Positions 12,613 through 23,609 of a stretch of 64,000 nt of DNA are shown one piece after another. The notes beneath the pieces are model-generated. The model worked only from the letters and a program-made list of their open reading frames with translations. It ran no database searches and had not been told where the DNA came from. Source of the DNA: Dictyostelium discoideum. Its lineage: Eukaryota. Numbering within the stretch: the stretch's first letter is position 1; every line of letters begins with the position of its first letter. Both the position numbers and the translations under genes were made by a program. Location: positions 7,456,001 to 7,520,000 of the forward strand of contig CM000151.3 of assembly GCA_000004695.1 (NCBI GenBank). The letters run 5' to 3'.

Positions 12613-14100
12613 CTAAAGTTTATAATGAATTAAAATCATCTTTAAAATTAAATATTGTTTATAAAAATGACTTTGATGTCTATTTGATAAAGTTGTATTT
12701 GGATTTAAAGTTAAATCTTTTTCACCATCTTCAATTAAAGAAATTGATTTTAATAATGATACATAATTTAAAAATTTAGTTTTCATTTCATAATAATTTA
12801 AACCTTGATATTCCAATGATCTTGAATATAATAAATCTTGAAAATCTTCAAATGTTAAATCATTAATTTCTTTAACAATTGCCTATTATAAAAATTTAAA
12901 AAATAAAAAGGGGTCAGTAAAATAAAAAATTAGAAAAGTTATTTTTAACTAAAATAATTAATTAATTAATAAAAAAAAAAAAAAAAAAAAAACATACTTC
13001 ATTCTCTTGTAAAATATAATTACCAGAATTTAAAATCTTTTCAATTAAAGTTGATCTAGAGTCAAATAAAGTTGTTTGACCTAAAACTCTACAATATTTT
13101 TTTAATTTTGGTCTTTTCATTTCTTCAAGATTAAAATCCAATTTATATTGAAGTGGTTTTAACTTTAATGGTGTTATATCATTAATAGATTTAAATGCAA
13201 AACTATTGATATCATCTTCTAACCCATATTTTTTAATTATTTTATCTATAATATGTCTTCTTAATGATGTGATTTTATGATGTCTTGATAAAACTTGTGA
13301 TCTCTCACTAAATCCTCTTGGTAATAATCCAGGTAAAAATTTTATATAAAATGGTAATCCAAATGTTGAAAATGGTATTGATAAAAATATTGATAATGGT
13401 ATCATTGATAATCTATCCATTCCTTAAAAAAAATAAAATTTTTTTTTTTTTTAATTTATACATTTAACTTTTTTTTTAAAAAAAATAAAATATATATATA
13501 TATATACAATTATTTAAAATACTTACTATATGAAATTATTGATTTTCTTTCATGAAAAGTTAAATAACGGAATGAATCTTGATTATGAATTGGAAAAGTT
13601 GGCAATATTCTCTTAGTGAAAGATTCATTTAATGCACCAGCTTTTGGTAATAAAACATCTACATAAAATGATCTATCATTCCAAAGTGTTATTAAACCAT
13701 TCTTTGTGATCTTTGTTAATTTTTCCATTTGACTCTTTAATGATCCAATAAAACCAAGTTGATTTGTCAATTGTTGTTGACCTTCAGGGTGATAATCATT
13801 CTTTTTATTGTTGTTATTGTCATTGTTACTTTTTACTAAAATATTATCTTCATCTTCATATGATTTATAATTTTGAACATCACTAAAATAATTATGACGA
13901 TAGTTATGAGTTGGTGGTTGTTGAGATGGTTGTTGAGATGGTTGTTGAGATGGTTGTTGAGATGGTTGTTGAGATGGTTGTTGAGATGGTTGTTTTGGTG
14001 ATGAAGATGAAAAACTATTTCTATATAATGTTGGGTAATAAAATCTTTTATATGTTCGAATATTTTTTCCAAAATTTCCTAACATTTTTTTTTTGAACAT
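12613..14100 (-). CDS. Probable mitochondrially targeted protein, 422 aa, 3 exons on the minus strand: 14100..13527, 13422..12998, 12882..12613
   Basis: N-terminus MFKKKMLGNFGKNIRTYKRFYYPTLYRNSF looks like a presequence. Minus-strand GTAAGT at 13526-13521 and acceptor ttttaAG at 13424-13423 give phase 1+2 = AGA. GTATGT at 12997-12992 and acceptor tataatAG at 12884-12883 are phase 0. Exon lengths 574+425+270 = 1269 = 3 x 423. Contains a (PSQQ)6 repeat. No confident family call. Confidence 0.7.
13915..13994 (-). repeat. 12-nt tandem repeat (ggttgttgagat x 6.5 on the plus strand) encoding (PSQQ)6 in the mitochondrial protein
   Basis: Direct reading. Confidence 0.9.
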
Positions 14101-14615
14101 AAAAAAAAAAAAAAATAAAAAAAAAAGTAAAAATAAAAAAAATTAAAAAAATTTAATTTCAAAAAAAAAAAATAAAAAAAAATAAAAAAAAAAACATTTC
14201 CTTTTCTAATAATTTTCATTCCGCATAATTGTTACCTTTTTATTTGCGACACACAACAATTATTTTTTAAAATCGCATTTTTTTTTTTCCCAAGTGTTTC
14301 AAAATATAGATTTTAATTAATTTGTTTGAAAATAATAAACAAATAATGAAAATAAATAAAACAAAATAAAATAAAATAAAATAAAATAAAATAATTAAAT
14401 AAGAAGATAAATACCTAAGAAAAAAAAAAAAAAAAAATAAAAATAAATATTTTTAAAAAAAAAAATTTTAAAGTATCGCGGTTATTTTTGAATTTTTTTA
14501 TTTTTTTTTTAATTTTTTTTTTGTATTTTTTTTTTTTAAAAATTTTTTTTTTTTTTATTTTTTTTATTACTATTGTTGTTTTGTTATTTCCAACACCCCT
14601 TAATCACATATAAAT

Positions 14616-15251
14616 ATGTCAGACGCAGATAAAAGAGCTAAATTAGAAGCATTAGCATCTAAAAAGAGAGCACAAGCTGAACAATTAACAAAGAATGATC
14701 CAACTAAAAGAGCAGCAACCTCATCATCAAGCTCTATCAATAAACCAGTACAAAAGAAAGCACCAGTTGGAAGAGGTGGTTCAATTTCATTAAACTCTAG
14801 AAATTATAAAGATAATGAAGATGATGAAGAAGGATCAGATCAAGATAGTTACGAAGATGATGGTTTTGTTGTTAGAGATTCAGATGCTTCAGAATCCGAA
14901 TCAGAGAGTGAAGTCTCAAGTGAAGAAGAAAGTAGTGAGGATGAAAAAAGAAAAAAGAAAAAAGTACAAGCACCACCACCTAAAAAATCTTCATCATCAT
15001 CATCATCTTCATCATCAAAGGTTGTAGAGAAAAAGAAATCATCATCATCATCCTCCTCCTCATCATCAAAGAAATCACGTAAAGATTCAGACTCTGAAGA
15101 TGAATCTGAAGAAGAAAAAGAATCAAACTTTAAATTTGACACAAGAGAATTCCAAAATTTACCAAGATTAGGTTCAAGAAGGTCAACTGCTTTCGTTGTC
15201 ACTGCACCACCACCAGGTGCTTCTGATGATGAAGATGAATCTGACGATTAA
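14616..15251 (+). CDS. Acidic Ser/Glu/Asp-rich protein, 211 aa, dense in CK2-type phosphoacceptor clusters and poly-Ser runs; probably a nuclear/nucleolar phosphoprotein
   Basis: Continuous ORF MSDADKRAKLEALASKKRAQAEQ... with SESESESE, KKSSSSSSSSSSK and a DDEDESDD tail. Function inferred from composition only. Confidence 0.6.
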   Translation: MSDADKRAKLEALASKKRAQAEQLTKNDPTKRAATSSSSSINKPVQKKAPVGRGGSISLNSRNYKDNEDDEEGSDQDSYEDDGFVVRDSDASESESESEVSSEEESSEDEKRKKKKVQAPPPKKSSSSSSSSSSKVVEKKKSSSSSSSSSSKKSRKDSDSEDESEEEKESNFKFDTREFQNLPRLGSRRSTAFVVTAPPPGASDDEDESDD

Positions 15252-15493
15252 ACAAGATATAAGTAATTTTAAAATAAAAAAAAAAATTAAAAAAAAATTA
15301 AAAAATTAAAATCTCAGATTCTTAAGTCGTCTGGATAAAAAAAAAAAAATAAAAAAGTAAAATCCAAAAAAAAAAAAAAAAAACCATCACATTTTTTCCT
15401 TTTTTGTTCTTTTTTTTTTTTTTATTCATTTTAATTAATATATATATTTTTTTGTGTTTATATTTTTATTTTTATTACTATTTTTAATTATAT

Positions 15494-15943
15494 TTATTTT
15501 TTGATTTTAGCAAAAGTGAAAAAAGCAATTGAAGCAACAGCAACAACAATACCACCAACTAAAGCAATGGTAGTAGTGACATCTTTGTTTTTATCTTCAT
15601 TATTATTATTATTTGATGATGATTCAGTTGATTTAATTACTGGTGATTCAGTAGAAATTGGGATTGGATTTGAAGATAATGGATTTTGTAATGGTTTTGA
15701 ATCTGTGCAAACACCAATGTAATAATCTTTTAACATATCAACAGCTTTTTGAGAGTGACCAACATCTAAAAATTCGTTGGTTGCTTCTTTACCTGCATTT
15801 TGAATTAAATAATCACCACCACCTGGATGATCATTAACAAAGGATGTAACATCATAAACTTTTTGATTAATGACCATCCATAAATCGTCAACTTTATCGT
15901 GTTTGGAAACTTCTTCCATAGTATATTGTTTATCTTCTGACAT
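15494..15943 (-). CDS. Cytochrome b5, tail-anchored, 149 aa
   Basis: Haem-binding core VNDHPGGGDYLIQNAGKEATNEFLDVGHS (HPGG motif, conserved His pair). C-terminal TM segment IALVGGIVVAVASIAFFTFAKI. Confidence 0.85.
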   Translation of the reverse strand: MSEDKQYTMEEVSKHDKVDDLWMVINQKVYDVTSFVNDHPGGGDYLIQNAGKEATNEFLDVGHSQKAVDMLKDYYIGVCTDSKPLQNPLSSNPIPISTESPVIKSTESSSNNNNNEDKNKDVTTTIALVGGIVVAVASIAFFTFAKIKK

Positions 15944-15991
15944 TTTGTTGTATATTATTAATAATACTCTTAATTGATTGATATTCAGAAG

Positions 15992-16022
<31 letters not shown>

Positions 16023-16179
16023 GAAAAAAAAAAAGCAGCGTTTCAAAAAAAAAAAAAAAAATTAAAAAATAAAAAAAATAAAAAATAAAATTTTAAATTA
16101 ATCCATTCTATTTTAATTAATATTTTAATAAAGTGGGTCATAACATCTTTTAATTAATATATTCACCACCTTATTTTCG

Positions 16180-16215
<36 letters not shown>

Positions 16216-16273
16216 CTATACATTTTTATTTTTTAATTTAATTTTTTTTTTTTTTTTTTATATTTTTTTAATT

Positions 16274-17446
16274 TTACCTAATTAATATTGAATTATTTAT
16301 TAAATTTTGAATTGATAATTTAATTTCTGAATAATTTAATAATTGATCGGATTTATTTTTAAAAATTAAATAATTATTTAATTGATTTAAAACTTGTTCA
16401 CTTGTTTCACAATCAAATAAAACTTTTTTTAAATTTGTAGTACCACCTAAATTTGAGCAACATTTTAAATAACTATTAAAATGTGAAAATAAAGTTCTGA
16501 TTGGTTTTCTTGGTGTTAAAATCTCTGAAATTATTATATGTTTTACCATTGTTGTTAAAACTTCTTTTAAAGTGATTTCAATTAATAATTCATTTTCATC
16601 AATAATTAAACCATTTGAAAGTTTTAATTGTTGATCCATTAATTTCTTTTGTTTTTCAGTTGGATTTACATTTAATCCAGGTTGATATTGAATAACTAAA
16701 TTTTTATTAAATAACCATGGATTGCCATAAACTGCACGTCCAATCATAACACCATCAATTCCAAATTGATTGATATAATCAATACCTTGTTCATAGGTTT
16801 CAACATCACCATTACCAACCAGTAATGTATTTGGTGAGATTTGATTACGTAATTCTACAACTCTATCTAAAACTTGATGTTCCCAATGTGCTGGTACTAA
16901 TGATAATTCTTTTTTAGTTCTAAGATGAAGGGTTAAACATGCTGGTTCACTTTCTAAAATTAATGGAATCCATTCATCAATTTCAATTTTGTCAAATCCA
17001 ATTCTAGTTTTAACACTTACTGGTTTTTCAAAATTTAATGCTTCCTTTGTGATTTTAACAATTTCTTTGGCTAATGAAGGATTTGTAATTAATGCTGCAC
17101 CACTTGCTTGTTTTGGTGATAATACTTTTCTACTTGGACAACCCATATTAATATCAACGCCATCATATCCTAATTCATTGGCTATTTTGGCACTCTCATA
17201 GAAATATTCTGGTTTGTTTCCAAAAAATTGTGCAACTATTGGTTTCTCTTGAGTTGAATATCCAAGTTTATCAATAAGTGCTTCTCTATTTCTCGCTAAT
17301 CCATCTGCTGATACAAATTCATTGAATATTACATTTGGTTTTCCCATACAATTAGCTAATAAAAATCTAAATGATATATCAGTAACATCAGCCATGGGTG
17401 CTAATGAAAATATAGGTTTTGATAATTTATTCCAAAATCCATTCAT
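16274..17446 (-). CDS. tRNA-dihydrouridine synthase (Dus family), 390 aa
   Basis: Dus motifs LAPMADVTD near the N-terminus and DGVDINMGCP (catalytic Cys); TIM-barrel flavoenzyme pattern with VGNGD. Confidence 0.9.
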   Translation of the reverse strand: MNGFWNKLSKPIFSLAPMADVTDISFRFLLANCMGKPNVIFNEFVSADGLARNREALIDKLGYSTQEKPIVAQFFGNKPEYFYESAKIANELGYDGVDINMGCPSRKVLSPKQASGAALITNPSLAKEIVKITKEALNFEKPVSVKTRIGFDKIEIDEWIPLILESEPACLTLHLRTKKELSLVPAHWEHQVLDRVVELRNQISPNTLLVGNGDVETYEQGIDYINQFGIDGVMIGRAVYGNPWLFNKNLVIQYQPGLNVNPTEKQKKLMDQQLKLSNGLIIDENELLIEITLKEVLTTMVKHIIISEILTPRKPIRTLFSHFNSYLKCCSNLGGTTNLKKVLFDCETSEQVLNQLNNYLIFKNKSDQLLNYSEIKLSIQNLINNSILIR

Positions 17447-17727
17447 ATTATTTATTTATTGATTGATATTCAAAAGAATAAAAAAAAAAAAAAAAAAAAA
17501 AAAAAACGAAGTCGAAATTTCGATGGTGGAATAAAATTAAAAAAAATTAAAATTAAAATTAAGAATCTCCTCTAGATTTTTATTCTCATTTTATTTTTCC
17601 ATTCAACAAATAATTTTTATTTTTTTTTAAGCATTTGATTTGTATTTTTAAAGATTGTTTTATTTTTAGAATAAATTATTTATTTTTGCATATAAATTTT
17701 ACTACTTTAGGAATAAAAAATATCAAA

Positions 17728-17801
17728 GGGACTATAGTTTAGTTGGATATAACGACCGGCTACGAACCGGTAGGTCTCAGGTTCGACCCCTGATGGTCTC
17801 G
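17728..17801 (+). tRNA. tRNA-Arg (anticodon ACG)
   Basis: Manual cloverleaf. Acceptor GGGACTA pairs with TGGTCTC, including 2 G-U pairs. D-stem GTTT/TAAC with an AGTTGGATA loop carrying GG. Anticodon stem ACCGG/CCGGT, loop CT-ACG-AA. Variable loop AGGTC. T-stem TCAGG/CCTGA with T-loop TTCGACC. Discriminator G. Followed by T7, a Pol III terminator. Confidence 0.9.
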
Positions 17802-17830
17802 AATTTTTTTAAAAAGTACTAGTAGGGTAA

Positions 17831-17842
17831 GGGTTCAATTCC
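17831..17842 (+). promoter_or_regulatory. Extragenic B box (ex-B box) GGGTTCAATTCC about 30 bp downstream of the tRNA gene
   Basis: Matches the B-box consensus GGTTCGANTCC. Downstream ex-B boxes are a known feature of Dictyostelium tRNA loci. No transposon is inserted nearby. Confidence 0.5.
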
Positions 17843-18021
17843 TCAAACCTGTAATAACAAATGACTATGAAAAAAAAACAATCAAACCAACACATTAATA
17901 TCCCAAAATTAAGATTTTTTTTTTTTAATGAAAATATTTATTTAAAAAATTAAAATTAAAGAAAAATAAGACTAATTGGTTTAAAGGATTTATAAAAAAT
18001 GGTGTTCATTTGTGTTTCCAA

Positions 18022-19279
18022 TTAATCAAAAATAAGTTCAATTAAATATAGTTTTGAATCTGCATTATACCCAGTTTTTGTACCACCATTCATAGATCTA
18101 ATACATTTAAATATGACTTGTTCATTTTCTACTGTAATAAGCTTGGATTCATTAGTGGCATGTGGTGGATTTTGGAAATTTTCATTATAAACAAAGTAAG
18201 AGTTTCTAAATTCTTGTTCAGTACCTTGATTAAAACTTAACACTTCTGAAACAGGACCACTTTCAACAACCCATGTAGCATTGCCATTAATATGATGATG
18301 TATCTTAACTTTAAATGATCTTTTTTTAATACTTTCAAACTTTACAATCAAAGTTGCTTGTAAATTTAAATTTCCTGCATTAAGTCCCTTGGAAAATAAA
18401 TAATAAAAATATAAATTAATATAAATTTTAGTTTTAAAAAAAAAAATAAAAAATAAAAAAATAATAAATTACTCTAAACCCAGAAGATAAACTATTGGTA
18501 ACTTGAGAAAACCCTGCAATTAAACCTGGGTAAAGTAAGTGGGAACCTCTTTCATCACCACAATTAAAATGAATTTCACCAATATTTCTTTGGTAATCAA
18601 ATGCTCTAAGAGGATAATAGGTAAAGTCTGCATTTTTGAATTTTCTTACAGCATTAAAGTATGGTGGTATATAATAACCAATAATTGGGGAAGTTTCTTC
18701 TCTAAAAATATGACGGGAAAGCATCCAACCTGATTTAACAGTGATTTCAAAAAATTCTATTGTATAATCATGAATTTTTTTTTTTGCATCTTCAACATCA
18801 AAATCACTGAAACCCCATTCTTTACCATAAAGATGACAATCTCTTTGTAAACAAAGATATTGTGAAGCTGTTAAAATATAAAAACCAATGGTATTAATCT
18901 TTTTTTTTATTTATTTTTTTTTTATTTTTTTTTTTAAAAAAAGAATAATTAATAAAATTTTTTTTAATAAAAGAATTAATATTAAAAAACTTACTAATTC
19001 ACTTTCTTCCTTAAAATAAATTAAACCATCAGTTATTTTATCACGATACATCATTAATTGAAATTGAAGTGAAGAATTAAGTTGTTCATTAGTCATTACT
19101 TGAATATCATTTGGAATAATACTACGACTAACATTTTTATTTCCATTTCTTGAAAAATATTCTTCAGCTAATACAAAATAGTCATCGCCAGTTTTTTGAA
19201 GTTGTTGGAATTTAATTATACATTGTCTCTCTCTTTCTTGACTTAACTTATGGTCAATTAATTTTTCAACTGCTTCCAT
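18022..19279 (-). CDS. Hypothetical cytosolic protein, about 358 aa, 3 exons: 19279..18995, 18898..18473, 18387..18022
   Basis: Exon 1 MEAVEKLIDHKLSQ... ends before GTAAGT at 18994-18989. Exon 2 begins after an A-rich ...aaaaaaaaAG at 18900-18899 (phase 0) and ends before GTAATT at 18472. Exon 3 begins after ttttccaAG at 18389-18388 (phase 0). The exon 1/2 junction is the least certain. Conserved-looking core: YPLRAFDYQRNIGEIHFNCGDERGSHLLYPGLIAGF. The family was not recognised. Confidence 0.55.
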
Positions 19280-19437
19280 TATTTGTTTAAAGCTAAAACC
19301 ATAAATTTTTTTTTTTTTTTTTTTAATTTTTTTTTTTAATATTTAAAAAAAAAAAAAATTTAAATTTATTATATTAGTTCTTTTATATATATATTTTTTT
19401 TTTTTTTTTTAATTATTATTATAATTATTTTAAGTAA

Positions 19438-19806
19438 TTACAATTGTTCTTGGGAATTAAATAAACCGAGACTATTAAAAAGAATATTAATAGCACCGAA
19501 AATAATTGGAGCAACACCTGAAGGATCAGCACTCATTGCAAGACCCAATATTTCCCACATTTCTGGAAATGGCATTTCACTGTAAAGTTCTTTGGCACTT
19601 TTTTCAGATTGAATTGATTGGAATGAAATTTTCAAATCTTTAATTTCATTCTCACTAAAATTTGAAATTGAGTTGTTTTGTTTCTTTAATTCAACCAATT
19701 GTTCATTTAAAAAATTATTTAATTTTTCATCATAATTTTCATACACTTTCTTGGCTCTTATTTTAGAATCCTCCAATTTTGAAATTTGTTCCACTGATAA
19801 AGTCAT
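19438..19806 (-). CDS. Small tail-anchored coiled-coil protein, 122 aa
   Basis: Continuous ORF MTLSVEQISKLEDSKIRAKK... with a C-terminal hydrophobic segment GVAPIIFGAINILFNSLGLF. Family not recognised. Confidence 0.45.
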   Translation of the reverse strand: MTLSVEQISKLEDSKIRAKKVYENYDEKLNNFLNEQLVELKKQNNSISNFSENEIKDLKISFQSIQSEKSAKELYSEMPFPEMWEILGLAMSADPSGVAPIIFGAINILFNSLGLFNSQEQL

Positions 19807-19871
19807 TTTTTAATTTGGTTTATTGTTTAACAATAATAATATTAAAATAATTATAATTTTTCTTGTTTTAA

Positions 19872-19920
<49 letters not shown>

Positions 19921-20039
19921 AATAATTGGCTATTAAATGAAAAATGGATTGGGAGTCAGTTAAAAATTGTAATTGGAGAATTTTTTTTGATTAAATCTGA
20001 AACTGATTGGGTTTTTAACCAAAGCTCAAAAAAAAAAAA

Positions 20040-20600
20040 AACCAATTGGTTTTAAAAATTATTAAGATTGAATCTCAAAAAATTTATTTTTGTATTCTTC
20101 TTTCAAATTAAAAAAATGGTTTAATAAATGAAAAGAATTAAAAAAAAGAATTGTTTTTTTCATTATACAAATTAAAAAATAAAATAAAATTAAAATTAAA
20201 ATAATTTTTTGGTTTTTTAAAATCAATGAGGTTGTGAGCTTCACTTATTATTAGAACTTTTTTGTAATTTAAATTTAATTCAAAAAAATAAATAAAAAAA
20301 AAATTTAAATTACAAAATATTTCACCAAACCCCCAAAAAAAATAAAAAAAATTATGATAATTTTAATTTTAATTTTTTCACACCTCAAAATTTTATTAAG
20401 GCATTGTTATTGGAAAATGAAACATTACCAATAAAATCCTTTTTTGATCTGGGAGTTTAATTTGTAATTTGGTAATTTTCATTTTTTTTTTTTTTTTTTT
20501 TTTTTTTTGTGTGGTTAATAATGGGGAAATAAGTTTTGAGGTGTGAAAAAATTAAAAACAATCAAGAAGGTAAAAAACAAAAAAAAACAAAATCAAAATA
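20040..20600. repeat. Non-coding repeat block, copy A (3' of the esterase gene, 5' of the 19438 gene)
   Basis: Shares ordered motif islands with 22830..23420: aataattttttggttt, aatcaatgRggttgtRagcttca, aaacccccaaaaaa, ccttttttgatYtgggagtttaatttgtaatttggtaatt + poly-T + gtgtggttaWtaatg...gttttgaggtgtgaaaaa...ggtaaaaaacaaaaaaa. About 75-80% identity in the alignable parts. Confidence 0.7.
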
Positions 20601-21012
20601 AACAAAATTAATATTTAATATCTTTATCTTTAATTAATCCCATGAATTTTATAAAAATAGTCTTCAAAATACATTATAACCAGTTTTTACACCACCATCA
20701 ATTGACATACATTTGAATAAATTATATTACATAATAAACAAGTTATAAGCTTGTTATTTAGGTCTTTTTCTTTTTTTTTTTTTTTTTCTAATAAATTTCA
20801 TTTTAGTTAAATGAATAAAGAAATTAAAGAAAAAGAATTTTCATTTTTAATTATTGGCCATAAATATTATTTAAAGTGTATTTTTACTAAAAACTTAATA
20901 AAAAATATATATATTTATTTAGAAATTATAATAAATTAATAAAATGAAATATAAAATATTTTATTTATATAATTTTTTTTAATTAATAAATTAAATTTAA
21001 TTTTTTTATTAT

Positions 21013-22717
21013 TTAAGGTCTAACTTGATTTCTATAATAAGTCAAATCTAAAGCATTACATTTTGGATCATTTGTAAAAGTATCTTTAGTTTCAATAGTT
21101 GTTTCCAAAATTAAAGTTGAGTTTTGAGTAGAAGTGACTTGTCTCCATTGTATTGGTACATCTAAACCAGTGTTTGGATTATGAGTAGTTGCAAAGTTAA
21201 CTATATAGTTATTAATATCAATAGCTAATTCCTTTTCATCATTATCCAATCTTTCACCCATTAATTCATAGCTATTAAAGAATAGTGATAATTCAGTACC
21301 ATGACATACTTTATCATCACAGGCATCCAATGAATGACCAGTTGATTTTACATGAACATAATAGTAATGATAGGTTGGGGATGAAAGCTTTTTAGCATTT
21401 GTAACGGTATGATATCTATCTGGACATCTGAATAAATAATCAGTGATTAATTCAGATAAAATTGGTCTTGAATCTTGACCTCTTGGAGCGGCTGGATATA
21501 ATGGTAAAATCTTCATAGCATTCAATGGGAAAACAATAGCAACGAGAACTCTATAGTAATCAATTCCAACAATATCTTGGAAAAATGAATAAATGAATGG
21601 GATAGCTTCATGTTTTACACTTCCAATAATGGTTGGAACATCATATGTTTTACCTTCCTTTACAGCGGTTAATGGTTGCATTGGTATGATATCTCCGTCG
21701 ATAACTGGTGACCAAATAGTAAAAGCATCTAGAATTTTATCACCAAAGGTAAGTCCAACTTTTTCTTGGGCTTCAAGAATTTCATCCATTGATTTACCAC
21801 GAAGACATGTTAAATCTTCAATATTACAACCAACATTTGTTGCGAATCTATTAGCATTACCTCTGGCGGTTGTTTTGTCTTTCAATCCAACAGTCAATGG
21901 TGATGATGATGAGATGGCAGCATTAAAATATTGTCTTGAATAAGTAGATGTTAAATGAGCTGAAACTGAAAAGGCTCCTGCAGATTCACCCCAAATTGTA
22001 ATCATTTCTTTATTACCACCAAAGGAACCAATATTATTATAAACCCATTCTAATGCTTTAATTTGGTCAAGGAAACCATAATTACCATGCATTAAATCCT
22101 TTTTAATAATTAAAAGAGATAATAACAATAAAAAAATAATATATTAATATATTTATTAAATTACACATATATTAATAATGTATATTAAAACTTACAGTTC
22201 CCATAAAACCTAAAACACCTAATCTATAATTAATATTAACAACTATTACTGATGATTGAGCAAATTTAGTAGCATCATAAAGAGGTACAGAACCACTACC
22301 AACACTAAATGCACCACCTGGAATATAAACAATTACTGGGTATTTTGAATTTGGTGTGGCATCTTTTGGAGTAAAAACGTCAAGATATAAACAATCTTCA
22401 GAAGTACCAATTGGAGAGCAAACACCTGGACCAAGATTACATTTTTGAGCACATTGTGATCTTTGGGTTAAAGTTTCTCTAACATTTTCCCATGGCTTTA
22501 AGTCAATTGGATTTTCCCATCTTAATTGGTTCACTGGTGGTTGAGCAAATGGAACACCATAGAATACACGATGAGTATCTTCAACAATACCCTTAATTGC
22601 ACCAAATTGAGTTACAACAATTGAAGCATCTGTGTTTTTAATGTATGATCTTTTTCTTGCAAAAGAAATATTAATTAATAATAACAATAATAATATAAAA
22701 ACTAATAATTTATTCAT
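21013..22717 (-). CDS. Secreted type-B carboxylesterase/lipase (cholinesterase-like), 536 aa, 2 exons: 22717..22196 and 22098..21013
   Basis: Signal peptide MNKLLVFILLLLLLINISFA. EDCLYLDVF (carboxylesterase B signature 2). GESAGAFS (catalytic Ser in the GESAG pentapeptide). Minus-strand GTAAGT at 22195-22190 and acceptor aaaaAG at 22100-22099, a 97-nt phase-0 intron. Confidence 0.9.
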
Positions 22718-22829
22718 TTTTTTTTTTAATTAAAGTTTTAAAATAAAAAAAAAAAAAAAAACTTTATTAATTTATACTTTTTTTTTTTCATAATACAAAT
22801 TTAAATAAAAAAAAAAAAAATTAAATTAT

Positions 22830-22908
22830 TATAAAATAATTTTTTGGTTTGTTTATAATCAATGGGTTGTAAGCTTCATTTATTTTTAGTACTTTTTTGT
22901 TAATTTCC

Positions 22909-22940
<32 letters not shown>

Positions 22941-23255
22941 TATTTTATCAAACCCTTTAAAAAATATTTTATTGATTAATACCCCCTTGTTAATGATTTT
23001 AAAAAAAAAAATCAAATTGGTTTTAAAAATATTTTTTTGAACATTTTTTTTAATTAAATTCAAACCCCAAAAAATGAATTAAAAAAAAAAAATAATATCT
23101 CAAATTAAATTTTTTTTTTTTTATTTTTAAAAAGGTTTTGTTTGAGATTATTTTATGATTATAAATTAAAGAATGCATTGTTATTGAATAATTATGAAAC
23201 ATTATCAATATAATCCTTTTTTGATTTGGGAGTTTAATTTGTAATTTGGTAATTT

Positions 23256-23287
<32 letters not shown>

Positions 23288-23420
23288 CAGTGTGGTTATT
23301 AATGTAGGAAAACAGTTTTGAGGTGTGAAAAACAGTTTTGAAGTGAGATTAAATTTATAATAATCCTTGAAGGTAAAAAACAAAAAAAAAAAAAAAACAT
23401 ATCAAAAAAGTCAAAATTAA
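22830..23420. repeat. Non-coding repeat block, copy B (5' of the esterase gene, 3' of the TIG membrane protein gene)
   Basis: See copy A. Contains an internal tandem duplication aacagttttgaggtgtga / aacagttttgaagtgaga and a rearranged order of the caaattggttttaaaaat island. Confidence 0.7.
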
Positions 23421-23554
23421 AAAACCAATAAAAAAATTGAAACCTAAGTTAAATTATATTAATTATTATTATTTTTATTTATTTATTTAAGAAATACAAT
23501 AAATTGATTAAGAATTTGAAAAATCTAAAGGTACTTCTTCAGTATTACATTGAG

Positions 23555-23590
<36 letters not shown>

Positions 23591-23609
23591 TACAATTTCA
23601 TTATTATTA

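Noticed and set aside
14815-15202. Overlapping ORFs 14815..15027 (+) and 14849..15202 (-)
   Set aside because: These are alternate frames of the Ser/Glu/Asp codon repeats of the acidic phosphoprotein gene.
17700-18020. Retrotransposon (TRE / DGLT-A) insertion next to the tRNA
   Set aside because: No reverse-transcriptase, gag-like or ORF1-like reading frames and no long repeats were found within 5 kb of either side.
20376-20550. 18-bp inverted repeat pair (ttttcacacctcaaaa / ttttgaggtgtgaaaa) as MITE terminal repeats
   Set aside because: The second block copy (22830..23420) lacks the left repeat but keeps the internal sequence. There are no target-site duplications. It is more likely a chance or structural feature of the duplicated block.
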